A DNA stretch of 64,000 bases from a bacterium. Lineage in GTDB: Bacteria > Hinthialibacterota > Hinthialibacteria > OLB16. This document shows, piece after piece, positions 36,247 to 46,086 of this stretch. Where the stretch lies: the NCBI GenBank assembly GCA_022072055.1, contig JAJVIK010000008.1, positions 296,111 through 360,110 of the forward strand, written 5' to 3'. The notes beneath the pieces are model-generated. The model was not told the DNA's origin, made no database searches, and saw only the letters and a program-made list of their open reading frames with translations. The position numbers and the translations under genes were made by a program. Every line of letters starts with the position of its first letter. The first letter of the stretch is position 1.

Positions 36247-38567
36247 GCGGCCCGCTTTCGGTTCCTGATTTCGACGCCCCCCGCTCGGCGAGGCGCGGAG
36301 GGGATGCCAGGCGGCTGACACTCGGCCACGCCGCGGTGTTCCTGGGGGCGCTTGCGCTGATCACTCTCGCGAGCCTCCCGCCGCGTCCCAACCCGGAACG
36401 GTTGCTCGACATGCGGGTCGGCGAGGCCGCCACAAGAAGCGTGCTCGCCCCCTTCCCTCTCAAGGTTCTGGACGTGGAGAAAACCGAGCTGCGTCGCAAG
36501 GAGGCCGCCGACAAGACTCCGCCCACCTACAGGCCAAGGCCGGAGGCGGCGATGCGCGCGCGACTCAAATGGGAAACCCTCGTCGCTTTGGTCGAGGACG
36601 AGAAAGTCCTCCCAGTGACCGATGAGGCGATCATCCATGAGGCCCGCGCTTTCCTGGCGAGCCTTACGGACGCCGACCAAAAGCTGCTCAAGCGGAAGCT
36701 CGCCGATGGGAACTGGCGCGGTTCGGTCCTTTCCAGATTCACCCGCGCCCTGGAGGAAAAGGAGATCGTGGCGATTGACCCACAGGAGCAGACCGAGGCG
36801 CCCGCGAACGGCGCCCCTGTGCTCTGGCGTCTAAGGGAGCCGGATGGTTCATTGCAGGATCGGGTCAGCTGGGTCTCGGTCGAATCGGTCACCCAGCAGG
36901 CCGAGGTCCTGGGAAGGACTCTACTCGAATTCGATTTCGGGGCGGATGAGAAGGCCAAGCCGTTGGCGATGTCCCTGGCGGCGGCGTTCATCGAGCCGAA
37001 TCTGGAATTCGATGCGGTGGCGACCGAAGCGGACCGCCTCATTGCCCGCGCCTCGGTTCCATCGGTGTCGATTGAATTCAAGCAGAACCAGCGCTTGGTC
37101 GCGCGCGGAGAGTTGGTCACCGAGGACCAGAAGCGGGCCCTTGCGGAGCTCAGCGCGCGGATGCAGTCCCGCCTCGGGGATGTTCTCGGGCGCATGCTGC
37201 TGATCGCGGTGATGCTCGGGGTGATTTTTGTGTATCTGCGGCGGAATCACGCCGTCATCTACCACAATCTTCCTCGTTTAGCGGCGTTCTTGGGCCAGAT
37301 CACGTTGGTGGCTTGGAGTGGCCTGGTGGTTGCCTGGGGGGTCGAGTTCAATGCCTTTCAGGGGAGCGAGGAATCGGTCGGCATGGTCGGACTCGTGGTC
37401 CCGGTGGCCTCGGCGGGGATCATGATCTCCCTCCTGGAAAACTCGCGCCTCGCGCTCTTCTCGGTGATCATGAGCTCCTTCCTGGTGGGGATCCAGTTCA
37501 ACTGGGGCTTCGAGATTCTGCTGACCCTTGCCTTGACCGGAATCCTGGCGGTCTTCCAGCTGGCCGGGATCTCGCGCAGGAGCCAAGTGTACTGGGTGAT
37601 TCCGTGGATTCTCGGCGCGGGGGGGCTGATGATCACGGGGGTGCACATGATCCTGTACCCCTCCTGGGAGGCCGCGCGGCACTACCTGGGGAGCCTCATG
37701 TGGGGCTGGATGTTCCTGGGAATCAACGCCATGCTGTCGGTCGGCATCGCCCTCCTGCTTCTTCCGATGCTGGAGGATTTGCTGGGAATCACCACAATCT
37801 TCAAGCTGCGCGAAGTCTCCACCTATCACCCACTCCTGCGCCAGCTTGAGGAAAAAGCCCCCGGGACCTATTACCACTCCCTGAATGTCAGCGCCCTTGC
37901 GGAGTCGGCGGCGGGGGCGATTGGAGCCAACGCGGTCCTGGTCAAGGTCGGGGCGTATTATCACGACATCGGGAAGATGGAGAAGCCGAGTTATTTCGTG
38001 GAAAACCAGTTCACGGAGGAGGATCGCCGCAAACACTCCAAGATTTCCCCGCACATGAGCTGCCTGATCATCCGGAACCATGTCAAACTGGGAATCGAGA
38101 TGGCCCGCGAGCAGCGCTTGCCCGAGGCGATCATCCCGTTCATCGCCGAGCATCACGGCACCACCCTGCTTTCCTATTTCTACGATCAGGCCCGGGCGGA
38201 GGATCCGCACGGCACGGTCTCCGAGGCGGATTTCCGCTACCCCGGCCCCAAGCCGCAGACCATCGAAAGCGCGGTCTTGATGCTGGCCGACACCATCGAG
38301 GCGGCCTCTCGAACCATGAAGCTCGTGGGCGAAGGAGAGATTCGCGTTTTCGTGAAGCGGATCATCAACGACAAGATGGTCGATGGCCAATTTGACGAAT
38401 GTAATCTGACATTCCGCCAACTGCGTATCCTGTCCGATTCCTTCACTCGGACCCTCCGGACCATGATGCACCGTCGCATCGCCTACCCCTCGATGCCGGA
38501 GGTGGAGCGCGTTCCGGGCGAGCCGAAGGAAGAAAAAGTTCAACCGCTGTTCAGCCGGGGGGCATGA
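36243..38567 (+). CDS. 7TM-receptor with intracellular HD hydrolase domain (YqfF/PgpH-like)
   Basis: Multiple TM helices, then an HD domain (YYHDIGK ... FIAEHHGT). ATGA overlap with phoH. Confidence 0.85.
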   Translation: MSGPLSVPDFDAPRSARRGGDARRLTLGHAAVFLGALALITLASLPPRPNPERLLDMRVGEAATRSVLAPFPLKVLDVEKTELRRKEAADKTPPTYRPRPEAAMRARLKWETLVALVEDEKVLPVTDEAIIHEARAFLASLTDADQKLLKRKLADGNWRGSVLSRFTRALEEKEIVAIDPQEQTEAPANGAPVLWRLREPDGSLQDRVSWVSVESVTQQAEVLGRTLLEFDFGADEKAKPLAMSLAAAFIEPNLEFDAVATEADRLIARASVPSVSIEFKQNQRLVARGELVTEDQKRALAELSARMQSRLGDVLGRMLLIAVMLGVIFVYLRRNHAVIYHNLPRLAAFLGQITLVAWSGLVVAWGVEFNAFQGSEESVGMVGLVVPVASAGIMISLLENSRLALFSVIMSSFLVGIQFNWGFEILLTLALTGILAVFQLAGISRRSQVYWVIPWILGAGGLMITGVHMILYPSWEAARHYLGSLMWGWMFLGINAMLSVGIALLLLPMLEDLLGITTIFKLREVSTYHPLLRQLEEKAPGTYYHSLNVSALAESAAGAIGANAVLVKVGAYYHDIGKMEKPSYFVENQFTEEDRRKHSKISPHMSCLIIRNHVKLGIEMAREQRLPEAIIPFIAEHHGTTLLSYFYDQARAEDPHGTVSEADFRYPGPKPQTIESAVLMLADTIEAASRTMKLVGEGEIRVFVKRIINDKMVDGQFDECNLTFRQLRILSDSFTRTLRTMMHRRIAYPSMPEVERVPGEPKEEKVQPLFSRGA

Positions 38568-38592
38568 ATCCCTCCGAGGGCCTCTCCAAGCC

Positions 38593-39012
38593 ATGAGCGT
38601 GGAAATCCAGGACGACCAAGATGTCCCCATCGACAAGCGCCGCCTCAAGAAGCGGCTTGCGGCCGCGTTGCGCAAGGCGGGCCTCCCGGACTCCGAGGTG
38701 AGCGTGCTGCTCACCGATGACGAGCGCATGACCGAATTGAACCGAACCTATCGGAGCCTCGACAAGACCACGGACGTGCTTTCGTTTCCCCTGGCGGAGG
38801 AGGAAGATTCACCCCTGGCCGCCTTTCTCGGGGACATCGTGATCTCGGTCCCCACCGCCCAGCGTCAGGCCCGGGAGTCGAAAGTGACTCTCGTTGAGGA
38901 GGTGGAGAACCTGGCGCTGCACGGTCTGCTCCACTTGTTGGGACGCGATCACGAAAGCGAGGGTTGGGAATCCTGGCGAGCGGCCTTGGCGGAGATCACC
39001 CCCGATGAGTGA
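38593..39012 (+). CDS. ybeY: rRNA maturation endoribonuclease YbeY
   Basis: HGLLHLLGRDHE metal-binding motif. 139 aa. Confidence 0.9.
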   Translation: MSVEIQDDQDVPIDKRRLKKRLAAALRKAGLPDSEVSVLLTDDERMTELNRTYRSLDKTTDVLSFPLAEEEDSPLAAFLGDIVISVPTAQRQARESKVTLVEEVENLALHGLLHLLGRDHESEGWESWRAALAEITPDE

Positions 39013-40336
39013 CGGCATGATGCTGTTCGTGGAGGGGGGCTTGGTGCTCTTTTCCATTCTGTTATCGGCTTTTTTCAGCGGGTCAGAAACCGCGCTGACC
39101 TCGATCAGCGCGGTGCGGATCAACCAGATCGCGGGCCGGGACAACGAGAAACATCCGCTTTTTGACTGGCTGCGTCACCCGACGAAGTACCTCACCACGC
39201 TGCTCGTCGGCAACAACATCGTGAACATCGGCGGCTCGCTGGTGGGCGGGGACTTTTCCCGTCGGCTGCTGCTGATGCTTTATCCGGGGCATCCCAACAT
39301 CGAGGCGCTTTCCACGGGCGTGGCCTTTGTGACCATGACCTGCCTGATTCTGATCTTCGGCGAGATCATCCCCAAGAGCTACTCGCGTCACCACTGCGAG
39401 ACAGTCGCGCCCCGGGTGGTCGCGCCGCTGGGGTTTCTGTATCGGATTCTGAAGTATCCGATCCGCCTGTGCATCCTGATCTCCAACACGATCATTCGCC
39501 TTTTCGGAGGCGAGACCACCAAGGAGGTTCCCTTCGTGACCTCGGATGACCTCAAGCTGATGATCGAGGTCGGGGAGAAACAGGGGCTGTTGGACATCGA
39601 CGAGCGCGAGATGCTCCATTCGATCTTCGAGCTTTCCGAGACTCAGGTCCGCGAGGTCATGACCCCTCGCGTGGAGATGGTGTATGTCCGCGTGAACGAT
39701 TCCCTCGAAACCGTGCTGAGGACCTTCAAGGAGCATGACTTTTCGCGACTGCCGGTGATCGACGACAATCGCGACAACGTGGTCGGAGTTCTGTACATGA
39801 AGGACCTGATTCACCATGTTCAGGATGGCGCCGCTCAAAACGACCTGGTGAGGCGGCTCAAACGCCCCCCGCTCTTCGTGCCTGAAACCAAGCGCGTGGA
39901 TGATGTTCTCAAGCAGTTCCAATCCTCCAAGATGCACATGGCGATCGTGGTGGACGAGTACGGGGGCACCTCGGGCCTGGTCACCATCGAGGACATCCTC
40001 GAGGAGATCGTGGGCGAGATTCAGGATGAGTTTGACGAGGAAGAGCCGGAGATTGTGGCCGGCGGAACCGGCGAGTGGATTGTGGACGCCACTGTGGACC
40101 CCGAGGACCTGGAGGATGCCCTAGGGATGGATTGGCCGGAGGAGGAGCACAAGTTCGACAGCGTGGCCGGCCTGCTGCTGGACCAGGTTGGAGACCTTCC
40201 CAAGGTCGGCGAAATCGTGGAGTGGAAAGGGCTGCGTTTCACCATCCTGGAGGCCGACGAACGCCGCATCACCAGGGTCCGGGTGGAGAGGCATGCCCCC
40301 GAGGAGGTGGTCGAGGTGGAGGAGCCGGAGCCTTGA
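39005..40336 (+). CDS. CNNM/CorC-family hemolysin-like transporter-associated protein (DUF21 + CBS pair + CorC_HlyC)
   Basis: N-terminal TM DUF21, CBS pair and a C-terminal transporter-associated domain. The start at 39005 overlaps the ybeY stop. Confidence 0.85.
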   Translation: MSDGMMLFVEGGLVLFSILLSAFFSGSETALTSISAVRINQIAGRDNEKHPLFDWLRHPTKYLTTLLVGNNIVNIGGSLVGGDFSRRLLLMLYPGHPNIEALSTGVAFVTMTCLILIFGEIIPKSYSRHHCETVAPRVVAPLGFLYRILKYPIRLCILISNTIIRLFGGETTKEVPFVTSDDLKLMIEVGEKQGLLDIDEREMLHSIFELSETQVREVMTPRVEMVYVRVNDSLETVLRTFKEHDFSRLPVIDDNRDNVVGVLYMKDLIHHVQDGAAQNDLVRRLKRPPLFVPETKRVDDVLKQFQSSKMHMAIVVDEYGGTSGLVTIEDILEEIVGEIQDEFDEEEPEIVAGGTGEWIVDATVDPEDLEDALGMDWPEEEHKFDSVAGLLLDQVGDLPKVGEIVEWKGLRFTILEADERRITRVRVERHAPEEVVEVEEPEP

Positions 40337-40496
40337 TCCGGCTCTCCCATAGGATTGCGGCAAGCGTGTTGCTATACTTTTCCGAGAAAGTCGGGAAACT
40401 TAATGGTTTTAGCGAATTGGATGGACTTCATCTGAACTGAACCCTCAGTGGATATAGATTGGCGGAATTGCGCCGGGAAGGGGTAAGGAGAGTCGA

Positions 40497-41087
40497 ATGC
40501 TTTCACAACCGACCCTGGTTCTGAACCGGTCGTGGCAGGCGATCTGCACGACGAGCGTTCGCCACGCCATTATCCTGGTGTACACCGGGCGAGCGAAGTT
40601 TATCGCCCCGGACACCTATGAGCTCCACGACCTGGAGTCCTGGTCGGATCTGGCGCGCTTTGCCAAGGGTCCGTTGATCCATGGGGTCAACCTGGCCCTT
40701 CCGGTCCCGGAGGTGGTCATCCTCACCGAGACCAATGTTTACCCGCAGCCCAAGGTGGTCTTCTCGCGCCGGAACATCTTCAAGCGAGACCATTACACCT
40801 GCCAATACTGCGGGGCTCGACCGAGGCTCCAGGAGCTCACCATCGACCATGTGCTTCCTCGCTCACAGGGCGGGCGAAGCACATGGGAAAACTGCGTGGT
40901 TTCCTGCCGGGGCTGCAACGAGGACAAAGGGAACCGCACTCCGGAGGAGGCCGGGTTGAAGATCCATGTCAAGCCGCGCCGTCCCGCTTGGCTGCCGTTT
41001 GTCACCCAGAACAACGGTCTTCGCCCAAGCTGGGAGAAGTTCATCGGCGACCTGTACTGGAACGTCGAACTGGATCAGTCCGAATAG
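40497..41087 (+). CDS. HNH endonuclease family protein
   Basis: CQYCGARP...IDHVLPRSQGGRSTWENCVVSCRGCNEDKGNRTPEE is an HNH motif with two CxxC pairs. Confidence 0.8.
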   Translation: MLSQPTLVLNRSWQAICTTSVRHAIILVYTGRAKFIAPDTYELHDLESWSDLARFAKGPLIHGVNLALPVPEVVILTETNVYPQPKVVFSRRNIFKRDHYTCQYCGARPRLQELTIDHVLPRSQGGRSTWENCVVSCRGCNEDKGNRTPEEAGLKIHVKPRRPAWLPFVTQNNGLRPSWEKFIGDLYWNVELDQSE

Positions 41088-41107
41088 GATCCTCCCAAGG
41101 GGCGCCG

Positions 41108-42913
41108 TTATCTGGCGCACACGATCCGGAACCCAACATACCCGCTGGGCGGAGTTTTCGGTGTGACCGCCACGCGCCAATCGCAGCGCAGGGACTCCAA
41201 TCGGTCCTTCCAGGTTCCTCCGCGATAGACGAGTTCCTTGCGAGGCCCCGGCTCGCACCACTCCCCGACATTCCCGGCCAGATCGTGGATGCCGAGCTGA
41301 TTCGGTTTGAAACTTCCAACTTCGAAGGTTCCGCCGTGGTCTCCGCCGCCGAAATTGGCGTAAGCGGCCGCTTCCTCCGGAGATTCCCCCCAAACATACC
41401 GCCCCGAACCCCCGGCCCGGCAGGCGGCCTCCCATTCTTCTTCCGTGGGCAGGCGAACTTCTTTCCCGAAATGGGATGAGAGCCTTCGGCAGAACTCCCG
41501 GCAGTCCTCCAGCGAGACATTCTCAACCGGGTAGCGCGCCCCCTTGATCTTCGAGGGGTCGAGCGGGAGGTCGTGTTTCGAGACCGGAAGCCCCGCGACC
41601 ACGCTCCCCCACTCCGATTGAGTGATCTCATATTTCCCGATCCGAATCGGACTTCCCGGCAGTTCGACCAACTCAATCCGTTCGCCGCTGGGAAGCGGGA
41701 TGCCCGCGGTGGTCGTGGCCGGGGCGGGCGGCTCCTCAATGAGCGGAGGAGGAGGAGGAAGCGCGGGAAGAGGTGGGGAAACCAGCACATTGCCCAGATC
41801 CAGGACCTGCCCCTCTACAATCTTGATCTCGCCGCGCACTTCCGAGGGGGGTAGGTTCGGCGCCTGAATCCTCAGGCCAGGATAGGTTCCCACCACGAGC
41901 TTGAGCGAGAACGCCCCTTGGATGTCGGCCTCGCCGGCGCGGTCCGTGCCAATCGGGCCCACGCGCGCGCCCCGCAGCGGCGCTTGGGTCGCGGTATCCA
42001 GCAGGATGCCTTTGAGCTCGCCCTCCGGGAGTCGACGGGGCACCAGGATGAACTCCCCGCCCCGGTGGTCGGTCTCAAAGATCGCGCCCATCTGCGGGGA
42101 CTGGGAGGCGTTGCGGGCGATGTCCACCTTCACTTGGTTGAAAACCTGCGAGGAATCCGTCCAACCGCGAGGCGGGTTCTCCAGGGCCTTCAGGAAGTAG
42201 TGCGCGAAGACACTGTGCCCCTCGAACCCTTCGGCGGTCACCGGTTCATCCCCACCGGAGGCCAGGACCAATCGCGATTTCTTCTTGAGGGCCTCGGTCA
42301 CATAGCGGTCCAGTTCCCCCTCGGCCGGCTCCACGGTAACCCCCTTTTCGGCGAACAGACGCCCGGAGAAGCAGGAGTCGCAGACCACCCAGATGTGCCG
42401 CGCCTTCATCGCGCGAACATAGCGCTGGATGCGGTCGCTGGCGATGAAATCAACCTCGCTCTTTCCTTCCACCGGAACCCAGAAAGCATCCCCGGTGAGG
42501 TCATCCTTGGTCCCATGCCCCGAGAAATAGATGAGCAGACTGTTCTCTTCGGTCAGGTTGGAGGCCAGGTCTCGGAGGGAGTCAATGATCGCCTGCTGGG
42601 TCGCGCTTTCATCATAGAGCTCGATGATCCGCTCGAAGCCATACTTGTCGCGGAGCAACGCGGCCAGGGAGCGGGAGTCATGAACGCAATTGGAAAGCGG
42701 GGTGTGGAACCGGTACTTGTCGATCCCGATGACCAAGGCCCATTGACGGCCCACGCCGCCGGTCCATTCCGGCGCGCCGGGAGCCTCCACCGCGACCCCC
42801 TTGAGGTCCTCCGCCGCGGACGGAATACAAAGCCCCAACGCAATGAGTAAACCGAGGAGCTGGGTCATGGCCGGTCTCGTGCATATTCTTTCCCTTTGAT
42901 GGGGCCCTCGCAA
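41108..42913 (-). CDS. secreted caspase-like (peptidase C14) domain fused to a C-terminal FGE-sulfatase/SUMF1-like domain
   Basis: Signal peptide. Caspase His/Cys dyad context (LLIYFSGHG ... VVCDSCFSG). C-terminal IRIGKYEITQSEW...RLPTEEEWEAACRAGG...GNVGEWCEP...YRGGTW...GFRIVCAR are FGE-family hallmarks. Confidence 0.75.
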   Translation of the reverse strand: MRGPHQRERICTRPAMTQLLGLLIALGLCIPSAAEDLKGVAVEAPGAPEWTGGVGRQWALVIGIDKYRFHTPLSNCVHDSRSLAALLRDKYGFERIIELYDESATQQAIIDSLRDLASNLTEENSLLIYFSGHGTKDDLTGDAFWVPVEGKSEVDFIASDRIQRYVRAMKARHIWVVCDSCFSGRLFAEKGVTVEPAEGELDRYVTEALKKKSRLVLASGGDEPVTAEGFEGHSVFAHYFLKALENPPRGWTDSSQVFNQVKVDIARNASQSPQMGAIFETDHRGGEFILVPRRLPEGELKGILLDTATQAPLRGARVGPIGTDRAGEADIQGAFSLKLVVGTYPGLRIQAPNLPPSEVRGEIKIVEGQVLDLGNVLVSPPLPALPPPPPLIEEPPAPATTTAGIPLPSGERIELVELPGSPIRIGKYEITQSEWGSVVAGLPVSKHDLPLDPSKIKGARYPVENVSLEDCREFCRRLSSHFGKEVRLPTEEEWEAACRAGGSGRYVWGESPEEAAAYANFGGGDHGGTFEVGSFKPNQLGIHDLAGNVGEWCEPGPRKELVYRGGTWKDRLESLRCDWRVAVTPKTPPSGYVGFRIVCAR

Positions 42914-42982
42914 GCCGCGCCGCGAGAGCCCGGGGTCTCCCAGGAAAGTGACGATCCAACGCGGGGGATTTGCCAGATCGCG

Positions 42983-44617
42983 CTACCGATCAAGAAACGC
43001 TTCGGCTAGTCGGATCGAGTGCTCGCGAATCCTCGGATGGGCATCCGAAAGGCAGGCGAGGACGGTATCCTCATCCAGCGCGGATAGCCCCTCCAGGGTC
43101 CAGAGGGCATGAAGCCTTCCGAGCGGATTCGGATCGGAGGTCGCCATTGCCTTGAGAAGCGGCGCGGTCTCTCTGGCCTCCCGCTCCAGAAGCAGACGTT
43201 GCGCGGTGAGACGGACCCAGGCGTTTCCATCCGCAAGCTTCGCAACCAAATCCTCCGAGGTAAGCCCGCCGAGCATCGGCGGCCTGTACGGTTCTCGATG
43301 GCTGTCGGGAACGATCCGGTAGATGCGCCCCCTGTCCGCCCCCGCGCGCAGGTCCAGCTTGGCGAGAATGTCCTCGGGAATCGAGGCGGCGGTTTCGATG
43401 ATCTCGCGGTAGAAATCGAGCAGATACAGCGCGCCATCCGGTCCCAGGTGAAGGTTCACCGGACGGAACCACGAGTCGGTGGAGCGGAGAAACTCGGTTT
43501 CGCGGTCGGGCCGTGAGGCGCGCAGGCTCGCTCCGACCTCGGAAAGGGTGTCGCGGTGAACCAGGTTGTGGGCGGCATCGCACACAAACAGGCTCCCGCG
43601 ATGCGATTCGGGGAAGAGCTCCGCGAGATACGCGGTCACCCCGCAGGCGGCTGTGAAATACCCGGAGACCTGCAGTTGGCTCGGGCGAAACTTGTCGGCC
43701 TCCTTGGCGGCGCGACGGCTGGTGCGCTCGATGCGCCAAGCCTGCGGGCGGCTGATCGGAAAGACCGGGGCATCCGGCTGTCCATGATCGGAGATGTCTT
43801 CCCCCATCGCGCTCACCGCGAGATAAGGGTTCCGAGCCACATAGCGCTCGGCCAAGACCACATGCATCACATGAGTTTCGTTCTGGCTGACAAACTTTCG
43901 TCCCCACTGGTCGAAGGCGAGTCCAAATCCGCCGGGAAGCTGGCGCGCCTCCGCTTCATAAGACCCATCCGACGGCTGAATCCGCAAATCCCTTCCCGAA
44001 AGATCGACTGTGGGCGCATCCGCGCGGGATGGGTCCTTGACCTTGCCCCCGCCATGCCCATTGGCCGAGTGCAGCCAGTTGTCGAGTCCCCACGCCAGGT
44101 TGTTGAAACGGTGCTCGGCGTTCCCCTGGCCGAATCCGGCGAGCACCACCCGGCGCTCATCGGCGCGGCCATCCCCATCGGTGTCCTTCAAGTAAAGGAG
44201 GTCCGGGGTGCACATCGCAAACAGGCCGCCCTTGTAAGGCGCAAGCCCGCTCGGAAAGGAAAGCCCTGTGGCGAAAACCGTTGAGCGCTCGATCCGGCCA
44301 TCCCCATCCCGGTCTTCGAGCCTGCGAATGGTGGCCTGGGTCCCCGGCTCCAGCGCCGGAAGGACCTCCATCTCGCGCATCTCCGCCACATACACCGCGC
44401 CGTTCTCATCGAAGGTGATCGCCACCGGATCAACCACATCCGGCTCGGCGGCGAAGACCTCGATCTTGAAACCGTCTTCAATCTGGATCTGAGCGCGGGA
44501 CTCCTCCGGGGAGAAGGGCTGCGCGATCGCGGGAACGGCAAGCAGGACGGAAATCAACCGAGCCGCGCGTGTGAGCAAGCGGTGGATCCTCCGGGGTCGA
44601 ATCTCACGCATCTTCAT
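42983..44617 (-). CDS. PVC-type secreted beta-propeller (sugar-dehydrogenase-like) + HEAT-repeat protein
   Basis: Signal peptide. KDTDGDGRADERRVVLAGFG... propeller blades paralogous to the N-terminus of the ORF at 46083..49523. HEAT-like C-terminus. Confidence 0.7.
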   Translation of the reverse strand: MKMREIRPRRIHRLLTRAARLISVLLAVPAIAQPFSPEESRAQIQIEDGFKIEVFAAEPDVVDPVAITFDENGAVYVAEMREMEVLPALEPGTQATIRRLEDRDGDGRIERSTVFATGLSFPSGLAPYKGGLFAMCTPDLLYLKDTDGDGRADERRVVLAGFGQGNAEHRFNNLAWGLDNWLHSANGHGGGKVKDPSRADAPTVDLSGRDLRIQPSDGSYEAEARQLPGGFGLAFDQWGRKFVSQNETHVMHVVLAERYVARNPYLAVSAMGEDISDHGQPDAPVFPISRPQAWRIERTSRRAAKEADKFRPSQLQVSGYFTAACGVTAYLAELFPESHRGSLFVCDAAHNLVHRDTLSEVGASLRASRPDRETEFLRSTDSWFRPVNLHLGPDGALYLLDFYREIIETAASIPEDILAKLDLRAGADRGRIYRIVPDSHREPYRPPMLGGLTSEDLVAKLADGNAWVRLTAQRLLLEREARETAPLLKAMATSDPNPLGRLHALWTLEGLSALDEDTVLACLSDAHPRIREHSIRLAEAFLDR

Positions 44618-46086
44618 TCCCTCATGAACGCCAGCAAGTCGGCCATGTCCCGCGGCGTGAGCCCTTCCTCGAGCTTCGCGGGCATCAGCGAAAGCGAGGT
44701 GTCGCGGATTTCCGCGATGTTCTGGCGCAGCACGGTGGTGTCTTCGCCACCCGCCGCGCGGATGATCAAGCTGGTCGGTCCGCTCACAGCGAGGATTCCG
44801 CTCAGCACCTCGCCATCCACGGTCTCCACCACATATTGGGTGTATCCCGGAGCCACCACGCGATTAGGATACAGAATACTGACCAGGAGGCTGTCCGGCG
44901 GGTTGGATTTGACCGCCGCCCAATCGGGACCGAGCTGGAACCCCACCTCCCCCACCTTGTGACACTGCGCGCAGCGCTCCTTGTGAATCGCCGCGCCGCG
45001 ACTCGGATCGCCCTGGAGCTCAAGGGCCGAGCGGAAGCGCTCGTAAATCGCCGGGTCCTCGCTCTTGTCCGGTTGGCCGAAGAGACGTTTGGAGGCGGCG
45101 ACCACCTCAGGGTCCGGATAGTTCGCCAATTGGTTCTGGCGCGGGGCATCGACCACCGAGGCGGGGATATCGCCCTGTTCGATGGCCGCAAGCAACCGGA
45201 CCAGACGTTCCCTTCGCGCGAAAAACTCCCGCAGAGCGGCCTCCTTGGCCTTGGGGGAAAGCTCCCGCCAATGAGCAAGGAGGATTTCTGTCGCGGAGAC
45301 CCCCGCGGTTTCGACCAGCACCTCCAGCGCGGCAAGTTCCACCGCCTCGGGCTGAAGCGCGCTGAGGAGCCCCTCCAAGGTCGATTGAGTCTTGGAGATA
45401 TCCGCGAGACGCAGACGCTGGATGGACTCGATCCGCTCCGCTTCCGGCTTCTCCTCGTTGCGGGCGGTCGCCAAATCCCTTTCCAGTGATTCCGTCGAGG
45501 TCTGTGTTTCAGCAGATTGAATCCGACCCGCGATTCGAATCGCCGAGTCTCGGACCTCCGCGAGCGGATCCGCCAAGAGTCTGGAGAGAGACTCGCCCGC
45601 GCCTGGAACCGGAATCACCTCGCCGCCCGCCAGGTCAAGCCCCGCGCTCAGGCCCGCCAGCGCGGCGGTCTTGCCCTCTTTGTTCTTATCGGAGTCCAGA
45701 TTGACCACCGCGGACAGCGTGCGGGCGATCTCCTCCGGCAGCTTTCTCGCGCCGATCACCCGCGCGAGCTCGCGTAGGAATTCGGGGATTCCCTCCGGGG
45801 GTTCCGATTGGCCAAGCGCGGCGGAAAGCGCCTGGAAAAGCGGAACACAGACCTCCCTCGCGGAGCTGAGAATCGCGGTCCGCGCCCAGCGGTCGGAGGA
45901 GTCTTGCAGCGCGATTCGCGCGAGGGCGTTCACCTTGGCCTCGGAGGAGGGGAGTTCTCCCAAGGTGAGGGCAAGCTGGAAGCGCACGCGCGGGTCAGGG
46001 TCCTCCACCATCCGGACCAAACGATCCTCCAGCGCGCCGCCCAGGGCGGGTCCGGCCAGGAGTAGCAATGCGAGCAGTCGATTCAT
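44614..46086 (-). CDS. secreted HEAT-repeat + cytochrome c domain protein
   Basis: Signal peptide, HEAT repeats, CAQCHKVGE heme-binding motif. ATGA overlap with the downstream gene. Paralogous to the middle/C-terminal part of the fused 1146-aa protein. Confidence 0.7.
   Translation of the reverse strand: MNRLLALLLLAGPALGGALEDRLVRMVEDPDPRVRFQLALTLGELPSSEAKVNALARIALQDSSDRWARTAILSSAREVCVPLFQALSAALGQSEPPEGIPEFLRELARVIGARKLPEEIARTLSAVVNLDSDKNKEGKTAALAGLSAGLDLAGGEVIPVPGAGESLSRLLADPLAEVRDSAIRIAGRIQSAETQTSTESLERDLATARNEEKPEAERIESIQRLRLADISKTQSTLEGLLSALQPEAVELAALEVLVETAGVSATEILLAHWRELSPKAKEAALREFFARRERLVRLLAAIEQGDIPASVVDAPRQNQLANYPDPEVVAASKRLFGQPDKSEDPAIYERFRSALELQGDPSRGAAIHKERCAQCHKVGEVGFQLGPDWAAVKSNPPDSLLVSILYPNRVVAPGYTQYVVETVDGEVLSGILAVSGPTSLIIRAAGGEDTTVLRQNIAEIRDTSLSLMPAKLEEGLTPRDMADLLAFMRE

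Noticed and set aside
37278-38729. 483-aa minus-strand ORF
   Set aside because: Antisense to the 7TM-HD hydrolase gene, which has unmistakable HD motifs. Arg/Gly-rich junk translation.
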